From Acidimicrobiia bacterium (lineage in GTDB: Bacteria > Actinomycetota > Acidimicrobiia > Spongiisociales > ZC4RG35), in assembly GCA_041599115.1 (NCBI GenBank), contig JBFHXF010000002.1, forward strand, positions 1 through 53,808: DNA of 53,808 nt, written 5' to 3'. Below the pieces are notes generated by a model. It saw only the letters and a list, made by a program, of their open reading frames with translations, did no database searches and was not told where the DNA came from. The position numbers and the translations under genes are program-made. Numbering within the stretch: the stretch's first letter is position 1; each line of letters starts with the position of its first letter. Positions 1 through 9,173 of this stretch are shown here, piece by piece.

Positions 1-2
1 TC

Positions 3-188
3 GACCACACCCAAGCCTGGGCAAACGGAGGACCCACCACACCCGACAACCTCGCCCCGCTCTGCCGCCACGACCACCGGCTCAAACACCACGCCGGCTC
101 GAACCTCCAAACAACCAACCCCGGCCAATACACCTGGACCACCCCGCTTGGCCACGGCTACGTGACCAGCGGTCGTGCCCCGCCTTGA
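3..188 (+). CDS. HNH endonuclease, C-terminal fragment (DUF222/REP13E12-like); 5' end outside the window
   Basis: Frame +3 reads DHTQAWANGGPTTPDNLAPLCRHDHRLKHHAGSNLQTTNPGQYTWTTPLGHGYVTSGRAPP, with stop TGA at 186-188. 'LCRHDHRLKHH' is the typical C-terminal HNH nuclease signature. The ORF is absent from the track because it has no start in the window. Confidence 0.6.
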   Translation, partial: DHTQAWANGGPTTPDNLAPLCRHDHRLKHHAGSNLQTTNPGQYTWTTPLGHGYVTSGRAPP

Positions 189-264
189 GCATTTAGGGAG
201 TGAGCCCGACTTTTCAGCTTCTGAATCTTGGTAACTTCGACATTTCAAAACAGAGGAAGGCAAG

Positions 265-1293
265 GTGCCAGTCGCCACCCCAGAGAAATACCGAGAGATG
301 TTCGCCGCCGCCCGTTCGGGCCACTACGCCTACCCGGCGATCAACGTCACCTCATCGAGCACCGTGCTCGCTGCCCTGGAGGGATTCAGCGAAGCCGAAT
401 CCGATGGGATCATGCAGATCTCCTACGGCGCGGCCGAATTCGCCTCTGGTCAGAGTAAGAAGAACATGCCCACCGGTGCTCGCGCCCTTGCCGAGTTTGC
501 CCACGTCGTCGCCGACCAGTACCCGATCAATGTGGCCATGCACACCGATCACTGCCCGCCGGACCGGGTCGACGGGTTCGTTCGACCACTCCTGGAGATG
601 TCGCGTACCCGACGCGCCGCGGGACACCGACCGTTGTTTCAGTCGCACATGCTCGACGCCTCCAACCTCCCCATGGAGGACAACCTCGCACTCGCCAACG
701 AGTTGCTCGAGCTCTGCGAACCACTCGACATCGTCCTCGAACTCGAGATCGGGATCGTGGGGGGCGTCGAGGACGCCACCGATCACGAGAACGTCGATCG
801 GAGCAAGCTCTACACATCTCCCGCCGACATGGTCCGGGTATCGGAGGTGCTGGGCACCGGGAACCGCGGTCTGTATCTGCTGGCTGCCGTCTTCGGAAAC
901 GTCCATGGTGTCTACAAGCCAGGTTCGGTAAAGCTCGATCCGGGGATTCTCCGGGATGGCCAGACGGCGGTTGCCGAGCGATACGGGGACGCCGCCCGTC
1001 ATTACCTGGTCTTTCATGGCGGAAGTGGATCGACACTCGAGGAAATTCGCGAGACGATCGGCTACGGGGTGGTGAAAATGAACATCGACACCGACTGCCA
1101 GTACGCCTACACCCGACCCATCGTCGATCACCTGATGGTCAACTATGCCGGTGTTCTCAAAATCGATGGCGAGGTGGGGAACAAGAAGGCCTACGACCCG
1201 CGCTCGTATATGAGACTGGCTGAGACCGGGATGGCGGCGCGGGTGGTCGATGCCTGTGAAGCACTGATGTCGGCAGGCAAGACTCTCAAATAA
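265..1293 (+). CDS. fbaA: Class II fructose-1,6-bisphosphate aldolase
   Basis: 342 aa with a GTG start. N-terminus 'PVATPEKYREMFAAARSGHYAYPAINVTSSSTVLAALEGF', then 'HTDHC' and 'VFHGGSGS', are characteristic of class II FBA. Confidence 0.93.
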   Translation: MPVATPEKYREMFAAARSGHYAYPAINVTSSSTVLAALEGFSEAESDGIMQISYGAAEFASGQSKKNMPTGARALAEFAHVVADQYPINVAMHTDHCPPDRVDGFVRPLLEMSRTRRAAGHRPLFQSHMLDASNLPMEDNLALANELLELCEPLDIVLELEIGIVGGVEDATDHENVDRSKLYTSPADMVRVSEVLGTGNRGLYLLAAVFGNVHGVYKPGSVKLDPGILRDGQTAVAERYGDAARHYLVFHGGSGSTLEEIRETIGYGVVKMNIDTDCQYAYTRPIVDHLMVNYAGVLKIDGEVGNKKAYDPRSYMRLAETGMAARVVDACEALMSAGKTLK

Positions 1294-2645
1294 TGGATAG
1301 CAGACACCAGACATGGGCGACCTCAAACCGGTTCGTCCCACGAAGATTCGTCAGCCCGCTGATCCGATTCACCCAGATCGAGGCTGCTTCCGGCCTTGTT
1401 CTTCTCACGGCTGCAGTGATCGCACTGATCTGGGCCAACTCGGCCGTCTCCCACAGCTATTTCGGGATCCTCGAGACCCATTTGAGGATCAACATCTTTG
1501 ATTTCAACCTGGACCTCTCGGTCCACGACTTCATCAACGACGCCCTGATGGCAATCTTCTTCTTCGTCGTCGGTTTGGAGATCAAACGCGAACTGATTCT
1601 CGGCGACCTCCGGGATCGCCGGGCTGCCGCCCTCCCGGTGATGGCTGCCCTCGGTGGGATGATCTTCCCGGCAGCCATATACATCTTCTTCAACCTGGGA
1701 GCGGGCGGAGAGGTGCTCCGCGGATGGGGAGTTCCCATGGCAACCGACATCGCCTTCGCCGTCGGGGTTGTCTCCCTGCTTGGATCTAGAGTTCCCAGTG
1801 GCGCCAAGCTATTCCTGCTTGCACTTGCCATAGCCGACGACATCGGCGCCATCGCAGTGATCGCCGTCTTCTACACCGATGATCTGAACGCGACCTTCCT
1901 CGCTCTCGCCGTCGCCGGTCTGGTCGGTGTCTGGATCGCTCGCAGGATCGGGATCAGGTCGCTGGTGTTCTACGTTCCCCTGGCCATGGTCATATGGCTG
2001 TTCACTCTCGAATCCGGAGTCCACGCCACTCTCGCCGGTGTCGCTCTGGGCTTTCTCACACCCGCTCGGGCCCAATACAAGCCGAGTGAATTCGATGCGC
2101 GGGCCAGAGCCATCCTGGACCAGTACCCGGCGGAAGTCGACGGCCCCCACGCACAGGAGCATGCCGACCACGAGGCGATGCTCCTCAGCGAGATCGCCAA
2201 GGAATCCGTCTCTCCCTTGAGCCGATTGGAGAACAGTCTTGTTCCGTGGAGTTCTTTTGTCGTCGTCCCGTTGTTCGCTCTGGCCAACGCCGGTGTGGAC
2301 TTCCGCGGGACTTCCTTCGGCGAGACCCTGCGGTCGACGGTGGCACTCGGCGTCGCGTTTGGCCTGGTGCTGGGGAAGACCGTCGGCATCTCGCTGTTCA
2401 CCTATCTGGCGGTCAAGCTCGGAATAGGCCGCCTTCCCGTCGGCACCAAGTGGTCACACATGATCGGGGTGGCAGCTGTGGGCGGGATCGGCTTCACGGT
2501 GTCGCTCTTTGTTGCGACGCTGGCCTTCATCGATCCCCACCACATCGATCTGGCCAAGGTGGGGATCTTCACCGGATCCCTCATCGCCGGGATGATCGGT
2601 ACGGCCATCTTGCTCATCGTTGGTCGCAGACGTTCGACGGCATGA
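1293..2645 (+). CDS. nhaA: Na+/H+ antiporter NhaA
   Basis: 450 aa polytopic protein. 'FFFVVGLEIKRE', 'ATDIAFAVGV' and 'LALAIADDIGAI' are NhaA hallmark motifs. The ATG overlaps the fbaA stop (TAATG). Confidence 0.93.
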   Translation: MDSRHQTWATSNRFVPRRFVSPLIRFTQIEAASGLVLLTAAVIALIWANSAVSHSYFGILETHLRINIFDFNLDLSVHDFINDALMAIFFFVVGLEIKRELILGDLRDRRAAALPVMAALGGMIFPAAIYIFFNLGAGGEVLRGWGVPMATDIAFAVGVVSLLGSRVPSGAKLFLLALAIADDIGAIAVIAVFYTDDLNATFLALAVAGLVGVWIARRIGIRSLVFYVPLAMVIWLFTLESGVHATLAGVALGFLTPARAQYKPSEFDARARAILDQYPAEVDGPHAQEHADHEAMLLSEIAKESVSPLSRLENSLVPWSSFVVVPLFALANAGVDFRGTSFGETLRSTVALGVAFGLVLGKTVGISLFTYLAVKLGIGRLPVGTKWSHMIGVAAVGGIGFTVSLFVATLAFIDPHHIDLAKVGIFTGSLIAGMIGTAILLIVGRRRSTA

Positions 2646-2812
2646 GTGGCCCGCCCCCCTCAATCGTCTGTGTCGAATGTGGAGGCACGGCCCATCTCAT
2701 CTCGTTCTTACCCCCCGACGGCGAGCCGCTGGAGCCCGGCACACCCGTGGCATACCGCTGCTCCGACTGTCTCGACCGATTCGACGTCGTCTGGGAGGAA
2801 GACGGAGACTGA
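2642..2812 (+). CDS. Small zinc-ribbon protein (56 aa), hypothetical
   Basis: MSGPPPSIVCVECGGTAHLISFLPPDGEPLEPGTPVAYRCSDCLDRFDVVWEEDGD carries a CxxC...CxxC pair. Its ATG overlaps the nhaA stop (ATGA). It lies inside the longer 2246-2812 ORF frame. Confidence 0.5.
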   Translation: MSGPPPSIVCVECGGTAHLISFLPPDGEPLEPGTPVAYRCSDCLDRFDVVWEEDGD

Positions 2813-2816
2813 ACGC

Positions 2817-3689
2817 TCAGACCTGCCAGCGATGCACATTGATTGCTCCCGAGTCCAGGCCGACCCTTCCGCAGAATGACTCGAAGAGATCCCGGGGAAC
2901 CCCCATCCATTCCAGGTCCCCCAGACTTTCCGCGATGGGAGCATCCAAACGCAGTGTCGTCAGCTCGCGGTACAGAAACGCCTTGGCGAGGTTCTCCTGC
3001 AAGGTGGTGGCCAGCCGGTCGGCACTCCGCACAGAAACTCCCCATTCCGCTGCGGATGCGGGTATGAGTTCGAGCCGTGGATAGCGGGCCAACACCGAAG
3101 AGGCGGACTTGGCGCCCCAGCCGGGCAGACCGGGGACACCATCGGCGGTGTCGCCTACCAGCGCCAGATAATCAGGGATCGACTCAGGATGAACTCCGAA
3201 CTTCTCGACTACCGCCGCCTCGTCATACATCTTCTGCTCCCGCCTGGCATAGGTGACGATCCGATCCCCGATCACTGACTGAGTCAGATCTTTGTCCGGA
3301 CTGACGATCACGACACGGTCGACGTCCTCGACCCAGCGAACCGCGGCTGCGGCCAGTGTGTCATCCGCCTCGAATTCGTAGTTCTGCCAGACCACGACCC
3401 CGATGGCGCGCAACGCTTCCTCGGCCAGAGGGAACTGGGCCAGCAAAACCTGGTCGATCCCCGCCGAGGTCTTGTAGGCGGGAAACATTCCGTTTCGAAA
3501 CGACTCGATGACAGTGTCGAAACTGGCCGCCAGATGGGTGACATCCGGCTCGCGCAAGAGCGCCAGAGTCGACTCGATGATCCCCAGGGTCGCCCTTATA
3601 TCGCCGCCATCGGCACCGATGACGGCCTCTTTCCGCCCGAAATGGGCCCGGAATAACTCATAGGTACCATCGAGAAGGTGGAGCAGCAC
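2817..3689 (-). CDS. 5'-3' exonuclease (Pol I N-terminal / FEN-like nuclease)
   Basis: 290 aa with a GTG start. 'LLHLLDGTYELFRAHF', 'YEFEADDTLAAAA', 'IVSPDKDLTQ' and 'YLALVGDTADGVPGLPGWGAKSA' match the PIN-like and H3TH motifs of 5'-nucleases. Confidence 0.85.
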   Translation of the reverse strand: MLLHLLDGTYELFRAHFGRKEAVIGADGGDIRATLGIIESTLALLREPDVTHLAASFDTVIESFRNGMFPAYKTSAGIDQVLLAQFPLAEEALRAIGVVVWQNYEFEADDTLAAAAVRWVEDVDRVVIVSPDKDLTQSVIGDRIVTYARREQKMYDEAAVVEKFGVHPESIPDYLALVGDTADGVPGLPGWGAKSASSVLARYPRLELIPASAAEWGVSVRSADRLATTLQENLAKAFLYRELTTLRLDAPIAESLGDLEWMGVPRDLFESFCGRVGLDSGAINVHRWQV

Positions 3690-4013
3690 GAGATAGATCC
3701 TACGACCGTCGAAACAGAGGACACCTGGAGGTCGGTGTCATCACAATTCCAAGCGTTTGGGGCCCGCCTCTCGGAGACCTACAGGCGCGCAGCGAACGAC
3801 CACGGGCCATCCGAGGAAGAGATCAAGGATGCTTTCGCCACTCTTGCCGGTGCGTGGAGTCATGTGGCGGAGTCGGTGGTGACCGCGCTTCGCGATCCCA
3901 ACCTGAAAGACCATCTCAAGGAGGCGACAGGGTCACTGGCCGCCGCATTGGGAACAATGCTGAGCAAGCTCGGTGAGGAGATTCAGCCTCAGGAATCGGC
4001 CGAAGAGGAGTGA
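3678..4013 (+). CDS. Hypothetical acidic helical protein
   Basis: 111-aa ORF in the gap between the exonuclease and the sulfurtransferase. The GTG at 3678 overlaps the divergent exonuclease start by 12 nt, so an internal GTG near 3735 may be the true start. I recognise no motif. Confidence 0.4.
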   Translation: MEQHEIDPTTVETEDTWRSVSSQFQAFGARLSETYRRAANDHGPSEEEIKDAFATLAGAWSHVAESVVTALRDPNLKDHLKEATGSLAAALGTMLSKLGEEIQPQESAEEE

Positions 4014-4020
4014 CACCCTC

Positions 4021-4824
4021 ATGGGCCCTCTGATCTCAGCCACCGACCTCCACCGCAGTCTCGGCGCTGTGAAAGTCTTCGACCTGCGATGGGCCCTGAT
4101 GGAGCCGAATCATGGTCAGGGCGCCTATCTGGCCGGTCACATCCCGGGCGCGGTCTTTGTCGATCTGGACATCGACCTCTGCTCTCCTCGAGGTGCGGGG
4201 CGTCATCCCCTGCCCGGCCTTGCGGATTTCAGCGCCACCCTGGGTCGCCTCGGTCTTGCTCCGGGCGACCCGGTAGTCGTCTATGACGACGCAGCCGGCG
4301 CTGTCGCCGCGCGAATGTGGTGGATGCTCATTTCGATCGGGCATTCCGACGTTGCCGTCCTCGACGGCGGATACCAGACCTGGGTAGTGAGTGAGCTCCC
4401 GGTCGAAACTGACGCTCAGGTTCCGATTCCAGCTCGATACAAACCGGCCCGTGCGGAGTTCCAAGGCGTGGTGGATCATCTCGGGCTGGCCGGCAGGGAG
4501 ATCGTCGACGTGAGGGAAGCCAGCCGTTATGCCGGCGAGTACGAGCCCATCGACCCCAAAGCCGGCCATATACCAGGTGCAGTCAATATCCCCCTTCGCT
4601 TGAGCCTCGATCACACCGGATTGCTTCGAGAGCCGGCACGGCTCGCCTCGCTCTTCGAGAAGGTCGGCGACCACCCAGTGATCAGCTGCGGCAGCGGCGT
4701 GAACGCATGCCACACCGCCCTGGCGATGACTGTGGCCGGACGGGCCCTGCCCGACATCTATATCGGGTCGTTCTCAGACTGGTCATCGAGAGATCTACCC
4801 ATCCACACCGGTCAGCGGCCTTGA
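4021..4824 (+). CDS. sseA: Tandem-rhodanese sulfurtransferase (3-mercaptopyruvate/thiosulfate sulfurtransferase)
   Basis: Two rhodanese repeats. The active-site loop 'SCGSGVNACHTA' has the CG[ST]GV(T/N)A form typical of SseA/MST. I take the start at ATG 4021 (MGPLISATDL) rather than the track start at 3973. Confidence 0.85.
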   Translation: MGPLISATDLHRSLGAVKVFDLRWALMEPNHGQGAYLAGHIPGAVFVDLDIDLCSPRGAGRHPLPGLADFSATLGRLGLAPGDPVVVYDDAAGAVAARMWWMLISIGHSDVAVLDGGYQTWVVSELPVETDAQVPIPARYKPARAEFQGVVDHLGLAGREIVDVREASRYAGEYEPIDPKAGHIPGAVNIPLRLSLDHTGLLREPARLASLFEKVGDHPVISCGSGVNACHTALAMTVAGRALPDIYIGSFSDWSSRDLPIHTGQRP

Positions 4825-5780
4825 TCAACAAACGCGCAATCGAGGCCATCGAAGTGAGCGATACCGACGAATTGCTCCGTGTCATCGGTGGTTACTGCAA
4901 TGCCCACGCATGGGACGATCTGATGGAGTTGAGGATCCGTTGCCGGGAAGCCATCGGGCGCGGAAAGCAACTCTGGGGCGTGGAGGAGCACATCCGATAC
5001 AGGCTCGCCTTGGAGGCGCCGGCTGCGATAGCCGGCCCGGTTGTCTCAGAAGGACAGGCTCGCTTTGCACTGGGGCCACTTGCCGAGGTCGCGGCCAGCA
5101 CCAAGACCTGGCCCGAACTGAGCCAATACCTGGCACCTGGGCCGGATCGAAGAACTGTCGCGGCCGAACGCGTCATCCGGGGCGACGACGTTGCAGAGGA
5201 AATCCCCGATCTGCCGGCTGTCCTCATGGATTGGGAGCCGGCCTATCCGATTGCCACCTACAAGGCCGACAGGGTAGAAACACCAGCACCGGGATGGCCC
5301 CTTCTGGCTGAAGTCGATCTCGTCGACGCACCTGACGTAATCGAGGATCCAGCATCGGAAGCGGCCCTATCCGATCTGGTCCAGCCCTGGGTTGAAGAGT
5401 CGAATGGTCGCTGCCAGACAGTGACGGTATCGGGAAACCATCTGGGAGCAATCAGCGCCCTCGGCTTGAGAGTGGCGCGCACTGGTCTGGTGTCGACCAA
5501 GGAGGCGCTGCAGTGGTTGGGATGGGTGGGAGCCTCAGGCGGCGCACACGGCCGGAGGAGGGGCGCCGCCGCCGGCCGCTATCTCGCCTGGTGGGTGATT
5601 GCCGCTCTAGCCGATCTCGATTGGCCTGCCGATCCGGGGGAAATCGGCGACGCGGCGAACGGGTTGAAGTGGCACTGGTTCGATGACGGCAGTCCCGACA
5701 CAGGGTGGAATCTCCGCATCAGCGTCGCCGACCCGGTCGGCGGCCTCGCCTGGGCAGTCAGTGCATCCGACAGTGTTTAG
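4821..5780 (+). CDS. Conserved hypothetical protein (about 319 aa)
   Basis: The long ORF continues past the sulfurtransferase stop. TTG at 4821 overlaps that stop (TTGA). The protein is Trp-rich and acidic, and I recognise no catalytic motif. Confidence 0.6.
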   Translation: MINKRAIEAIEVSDTDELLRVIGGYCNAHAWDDLMELRIRCREAIGRGKQLWGVEEHIRYRLALEAPAAIAGPVVSEGQARFALGPLAEVAASTKTWPELSQYLAPGPDRRTVAAERVIRGDDVAEEIPDLPAVLMDWEPAYPIATYKADRVETPAPGWPLLAEVDLVDAPDVIEDPASEAALSDLVQPWVEESNGRCQTVTVSGNHLGAISALGLRVARTGLVSTKEALQWLGWVGASGGAHGRRRGAAAGRYLAWWVIAALADLDWPADPGEIGDAANGLKWHWFDDGSPDTGWNLRISVADPVGGLAWAVSASDSV

Positions 5781-7318
5781 GCCTCGTCGATGAGGACGGT
5801 GTGGCGGTCCCAACCGGTTGCACCGCTTGGCGCCGGACGAGTGTTCTGTTCTGTCTGGGTATTGCCCTCGCCATCGGTTGCCCGCACCCGGAGGACGTGA
5901 AGACCGGGCGGCGCCTCCCAACGGATCTTCCATTGGCGCCAACTGTCGTTGCTCAGCGATTCGGAGAGCTCGGCCTCCACCCATTGGGCGCCTTCCCCCA
6001 GCTGCACCTCGACCTTTGATATTCCCCGGTTGGGGGCCCAGGCCACTCCTGCAACGATCCTCTCCCCTTCATACGGCAGGCGAGCCTCGCGCGGTGTGTC
6101 GATCCGGCTCTGGGTCTTTATCGGGGCCTCCTTGGCCCAGCCACGCGGAACCCAGTAGGCGTCGAAGTCGTTCCACCCGGTCAATTCGATCTCGGACAGC
6201 CATTTTGTAGCCGACACGTAGCCGTAGAGACCGGCCACGACCAGTCTCGCGGGAAAACCGTGTTCGAATGGAAGCGGCTCACCGTTCATCCCCACTGCGA
6301 CCAAGGACTCACGGCCGTCATACACCGCCTCGACAGGAAACCCAACAGTGAAACCATCAACGGATCGGCCCACGAGTTGTTCGGCGTCTGATCTGATGCC
6401 GGCACGGTCGAGAATCTCCTTCAGCGGCACACCGAGCCACTTGGCATTGCCGACCAGATCTCCGCCAACTTCGTTGGAAACGCATGAGAGGGTCACGTAC
6501 CGCTCAACCAGTCGCATGTCGAGCAGATCCGCATACGAGATCGAGTACGGCTGATCGACACGCCCGGCGATGGTCAGTCTCCAGTCCGGGAGGTTCACGC
6601 GGGGGAGAGTGAAGGCGGTGTCGATTCGGTAGAAATCCGCGTTGGAGGTCACGACGGTGCTCAATCCGTCGATCCCTAATTCGGCCCCCGGGGGCGAAGA
6701 CGGCACCGTCTGGGCCGGTGATGGCAGAGCGACGTCGGCCCGTCCGGCGAGCGATCGCTTACCCTTCTCGAGAAGCGACCTGCCGACGCCCGCCGAGATG
6801 GCGGCAAGGCCGAACACGGCAGTCAACCCGACGAGTAGAGCCCGGCGAGATCTGTCGGCCACACCCTCTCCCGGATCGAGGGCTGGTTTGGGAGCCAATC
6901 CATAAAGCCATTGGAGTGACCCCAGCCCGCTCAGTGCGGAGAGACCGCCGGGGATGATGGCGAGCCCCAAACCGACCTGGGGATCCCTGGCCGAGGCGAG
7001 AGCCGCGATCACACCAAATCCCACGAATGCCGTGATCGCGAATCCGAATCTCTCCCTGGACACCATCCCGACCGCAGCGCCGATGAGAAGGGTGACTGAG
7101 GCGATTCCGATCAGAAGGGCCAGTTTGTCGTTAGTGCCGAAAACCGAGATCGCCAACTCTTTGATCGTCTTGGGGACAACGTCGATCACCCAGTTCCCCA
7201 GACCGGCGATGAGTGACGGCCACCCTCCGAACAGGCCGGCGGCGAGTTCCGACACACCCAGTCCAAGGGCGGCCGCGGCCGCGCCGATGAGACCATCGCG
7301 CCAATTGGTTCTTTTCAC
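5777..7318 (-). CDS. Molybdopterin-dependent oxidoreductase (sulfite-oxidase fold) with N-terminal multi-TM domain
   Basis: 513 aa. The N-terminal half has several hydrophobic helices. The C-terminal half has 'YVTLSCVSNEVGG', 'NAKWLGVPLKEIL', 'HGFPARLVVAGLYGYVSATKWL' and an Ig-like dimerisation-type tail, typical of the SUOX/YedY family. Confidence 0.85.
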   Translation of the reverse strand: MKRTNWRDGLIGAAAAALGLGVSELAAGLFGGWPSLIAGLGNWVIDVVPKTIKELAISVFGTNDKLALLIGIASVTLLIGAAVGMVSRERFGFAITAFVGFGVIAALASARDPQVGLGLAIIPGGLSALSGLGSLQWLYGLAPKPALDPGEGVADRSRRALLVGLTAVFGLAAISAGVGRSLLEKGKRSLAGRADVALPSPAQTVPSSPPGAELGIDGLSTVVTSNADFYRIDTAFTLPRVNLPDWRLTIAGRVDQPYSISYADLLDMRLVERYVTLSCVSNEVGGDLVGNAKWLGVPLKEILDRAGIRSDAEQLVGRSVDGFTVGFPVEAVYDGRESLVAVGMNGEPLPFEHGFPARLVVAGLYGYVSATKWLSEIELTGWNDFDAYWVPRGWAKEAPIKTQSRIDTPREARLPYEGERIVAGVAWAPNRGISKVEVQLGEGAQWVEAELSESLSNDSWRQWKIRWEAPPGLHVLRVRATDGEGNTQTEQNTRPAPSGATGWDRHTVLIDEA

Positions 7319-7387
7319 AGAGAAGAAGCGTAGGAAATCGTCTGCTAACCCTCCCTAAAGCCACAGCCGCCGAGATATCGTCCGACG

Positions 7388-7993
7388 ATGGATTCAATCA
7401 TGGCCGACGACGGGATCCTTCGATGCTGGTGGGGAGTCGAGCCAGATATCTACCGCGATTATCACGATCGGGAGTGGGGAAGGGCGACGACCGACGACAA
7501 CCGGCTGTTCGAGAAGATCTGCCTCGAGGGATTTCAATCGGGGCTCTCCTGGCTGACGATCCTGCGCAAACGTGACAACTTCAGGAAGGCTTTCGCCGGC
7601 TTCGACCCGGTGAAAGTGGCACAGTTCGACGACCGCGCCATCGAACGTCTCCTCGAAGACGCGGGAATCGTCCGCCATCGGAAGAAGATCTCTTCCACCA
7701 TCAACAACGCCAGGCATGCACTCGAGCTGATCGAGGAGAAAGGCTCGCTGGCCGCCTACTTCTGGTCATGGGCCTCCGCCGAGACGGAGGCGCCGGTTGA
7801 ATTGCTGGGGTCGACCGTGGTGTCGACCGCCCTGTCCAAGGATCTCAAACGCCGGGGTTGGTCGTTCATTGGCCCGACGACCGCGTACGCCTTCATGCAG
7901 GCAATGGGCCTGGTGAACGATCATCTCGAGCAATGCCACGTTCGCGAGGTGTGTGCCCGGGAACGCCGGCACACCCTCGAGAATCTTCTCTAG
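7388..7993 (+). CDS. tag: DNA-3-methyladenine glycosylase I
   Basis: 'RCWWG...YHDREWG', 'LFEKICLEGFQSGLSWLTILRKRDNFRKAF' and 'CHV' are canonical Tag motifs. The ATG at 7400 is an alternative start. Confidence 0.9.
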   Translation: MDSIMADDGILRCWWGVEPDIYRDYHDREWGRATTDDNRLFEKICLEGFQSGLSWLTILRKRDNFRKAFAGFDPVKVAQFDDRAIERLLEDAGIVRHRKKISSTINNARHALELIEEKGSLAAYFWSWASAETEAPVELLGSTVVSTALSKDLKRRGWSFIGPTTAYAFMQAMGLVNDHLEQCHVREVCARERRHTLENLL

Positions 7994-8003
7994 GGTTCGT
8001 CCG

Positions 8004-9137
8004 GTGATACAGCGGCCGACCTTCACCATCGGAATCGAAGAGGAGTATCTCGTCGTCGACCGTCAGACGCGGGATCTGATCAAGAGGCCCCCCAAGGAAA
8101 TGTGGGACTCACTGCGGGAGGTGCTCGGCCCACAAGTCACCCCCGAATTCCTCAAGGCACAGATCGAGGTCGGCACCAAGGTTTGCGACAATCTCGGCGA
8201 AGCCCGTCAGGACTTGACCGCGCTGCGACGTGACCTAGCAAAGGTGGTCGGTAAATACGACGCGGCCATCATCGCCGCTTCCACTCATCCCTTCGCCAAT
8301 TGGTCGAAACAAGAGACAACCGAGGCGCCTCGCTACATGCGGTTGGCTGCGGATTATCAGCATGTAGCCCGTCAACTGGTCATCTGCGGGATGCATGTCC
8401 ACGTCGGAATCGAAGAGGAGCATCTCCGGATAGATCTGATGAACCAGATCAGGTACATGCTCCCCCATCTTCTCGCGTTGAGCGCTTCGTCGCCTTTCTG
8501 GGACGGTCAACTCACCGGCCTGCTCGCCTACCGATTGGTCATTTTCCAGAATCTCCCCCGCACCGGTGTTCCCCAGGAATTCGATTCGTGGGCCGAGTAC
8601 GAGCGCATGGTGGGAATCCTGGTCGACGCCGGACTGATGGAGGACGCCACCAAGTTGTGGTGGGACATCAGACCGTCGGCGCGCTACCCAACCCTCGAAA
8701 TGAGGGTATCGGACGTGTGCACCCGGTTGGAGGATGCGATGACCGTCGCCGCCCTATACCAATGCTTGTTGTCGATGCTGTTCCGACTCCGTCGAAAGAA
8801 CCAGCGTTTCAGAACCTATGCACCGCTGTTGATCGCTGAGAACATGTGGCGGGCGCAACGGTACGGCACCGACGGATCGCTAGTTGATTTTGGCAAGGGG
8901 GAGTTGGTCCCGTTCGGCGAGCTCGTTGAGGAGTTCATTGAGGTTCTCAACGATGATGCCATCGAATTGGGCGTCGAGAAGGAGCTGCTTCATGCCAGAA
9001 CGATCGCACGAGATGGAACCAGCGCCCACCGTCAGATCTCGACGTTCGAGAACGCACTCGCCGCCGGAGCGGAAAAACACGAGGCGCTCCAGGCGGTGGT
9101 CGATCATCTAATCGAAGACACCCTGTACGGTCTCTGA
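8004..9137 (+). CDS. Carboxylate-amine ligase (glutamate-cysteine ligase family 2, YbdK-like)
   Basis: 'FTIGIEEEYLVVD', 'GMHVHVGI' and 'SASSPFW' are GCS2 signatures. I chose the GTG at 8004 because the track start at 7953 overlaps tag. Confidence 0.88.
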   Translation: MIQRPTFTIGIEEEYLVVDRQTRDLIKRPPKEMWDSLREVLGPQVTPEFLKAQIEVGTKVCDNLGEARQDLTALRRDLAKVVGKYDAAIIAASTHPFANWSKQETTEAPRYMRLAADYQHVARQLVICGMHVHVGIEEEHLRIDLMNQIRYMLPHLLALSASSPFWDGQLTGLLAYRLVIFQNLPRTGVPQEFDSWAEYERMVGILVDAGLMEDATKLWWDIRPSARYPTLEMRVSDVCTRLEDAMTVAALYQCLLSMLFRLRRKNQRFRTYAPLLIAENMWRAQRYGTDGSLVDFGKGELVPFGELVEEFIEVLNDDAIELGVEKELLHARTIARDGTSAHRQISTFENALAAGAEKHEALQAVVDHLIEDTLYGL

Positions 9138-9173
9138 ACGCCGGCCTTCCCGCATCAGATCGAGGAGTGAATT

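Noticed and set aside
352-1341. 329-aa ORF antisense to fbaA
   Set aside because: It lies entirely opposite a gene with unmistakable class II aldolase motifs. Its Arg/Gly/Val-rich composition is typical of GC-driven shadow ORFs.
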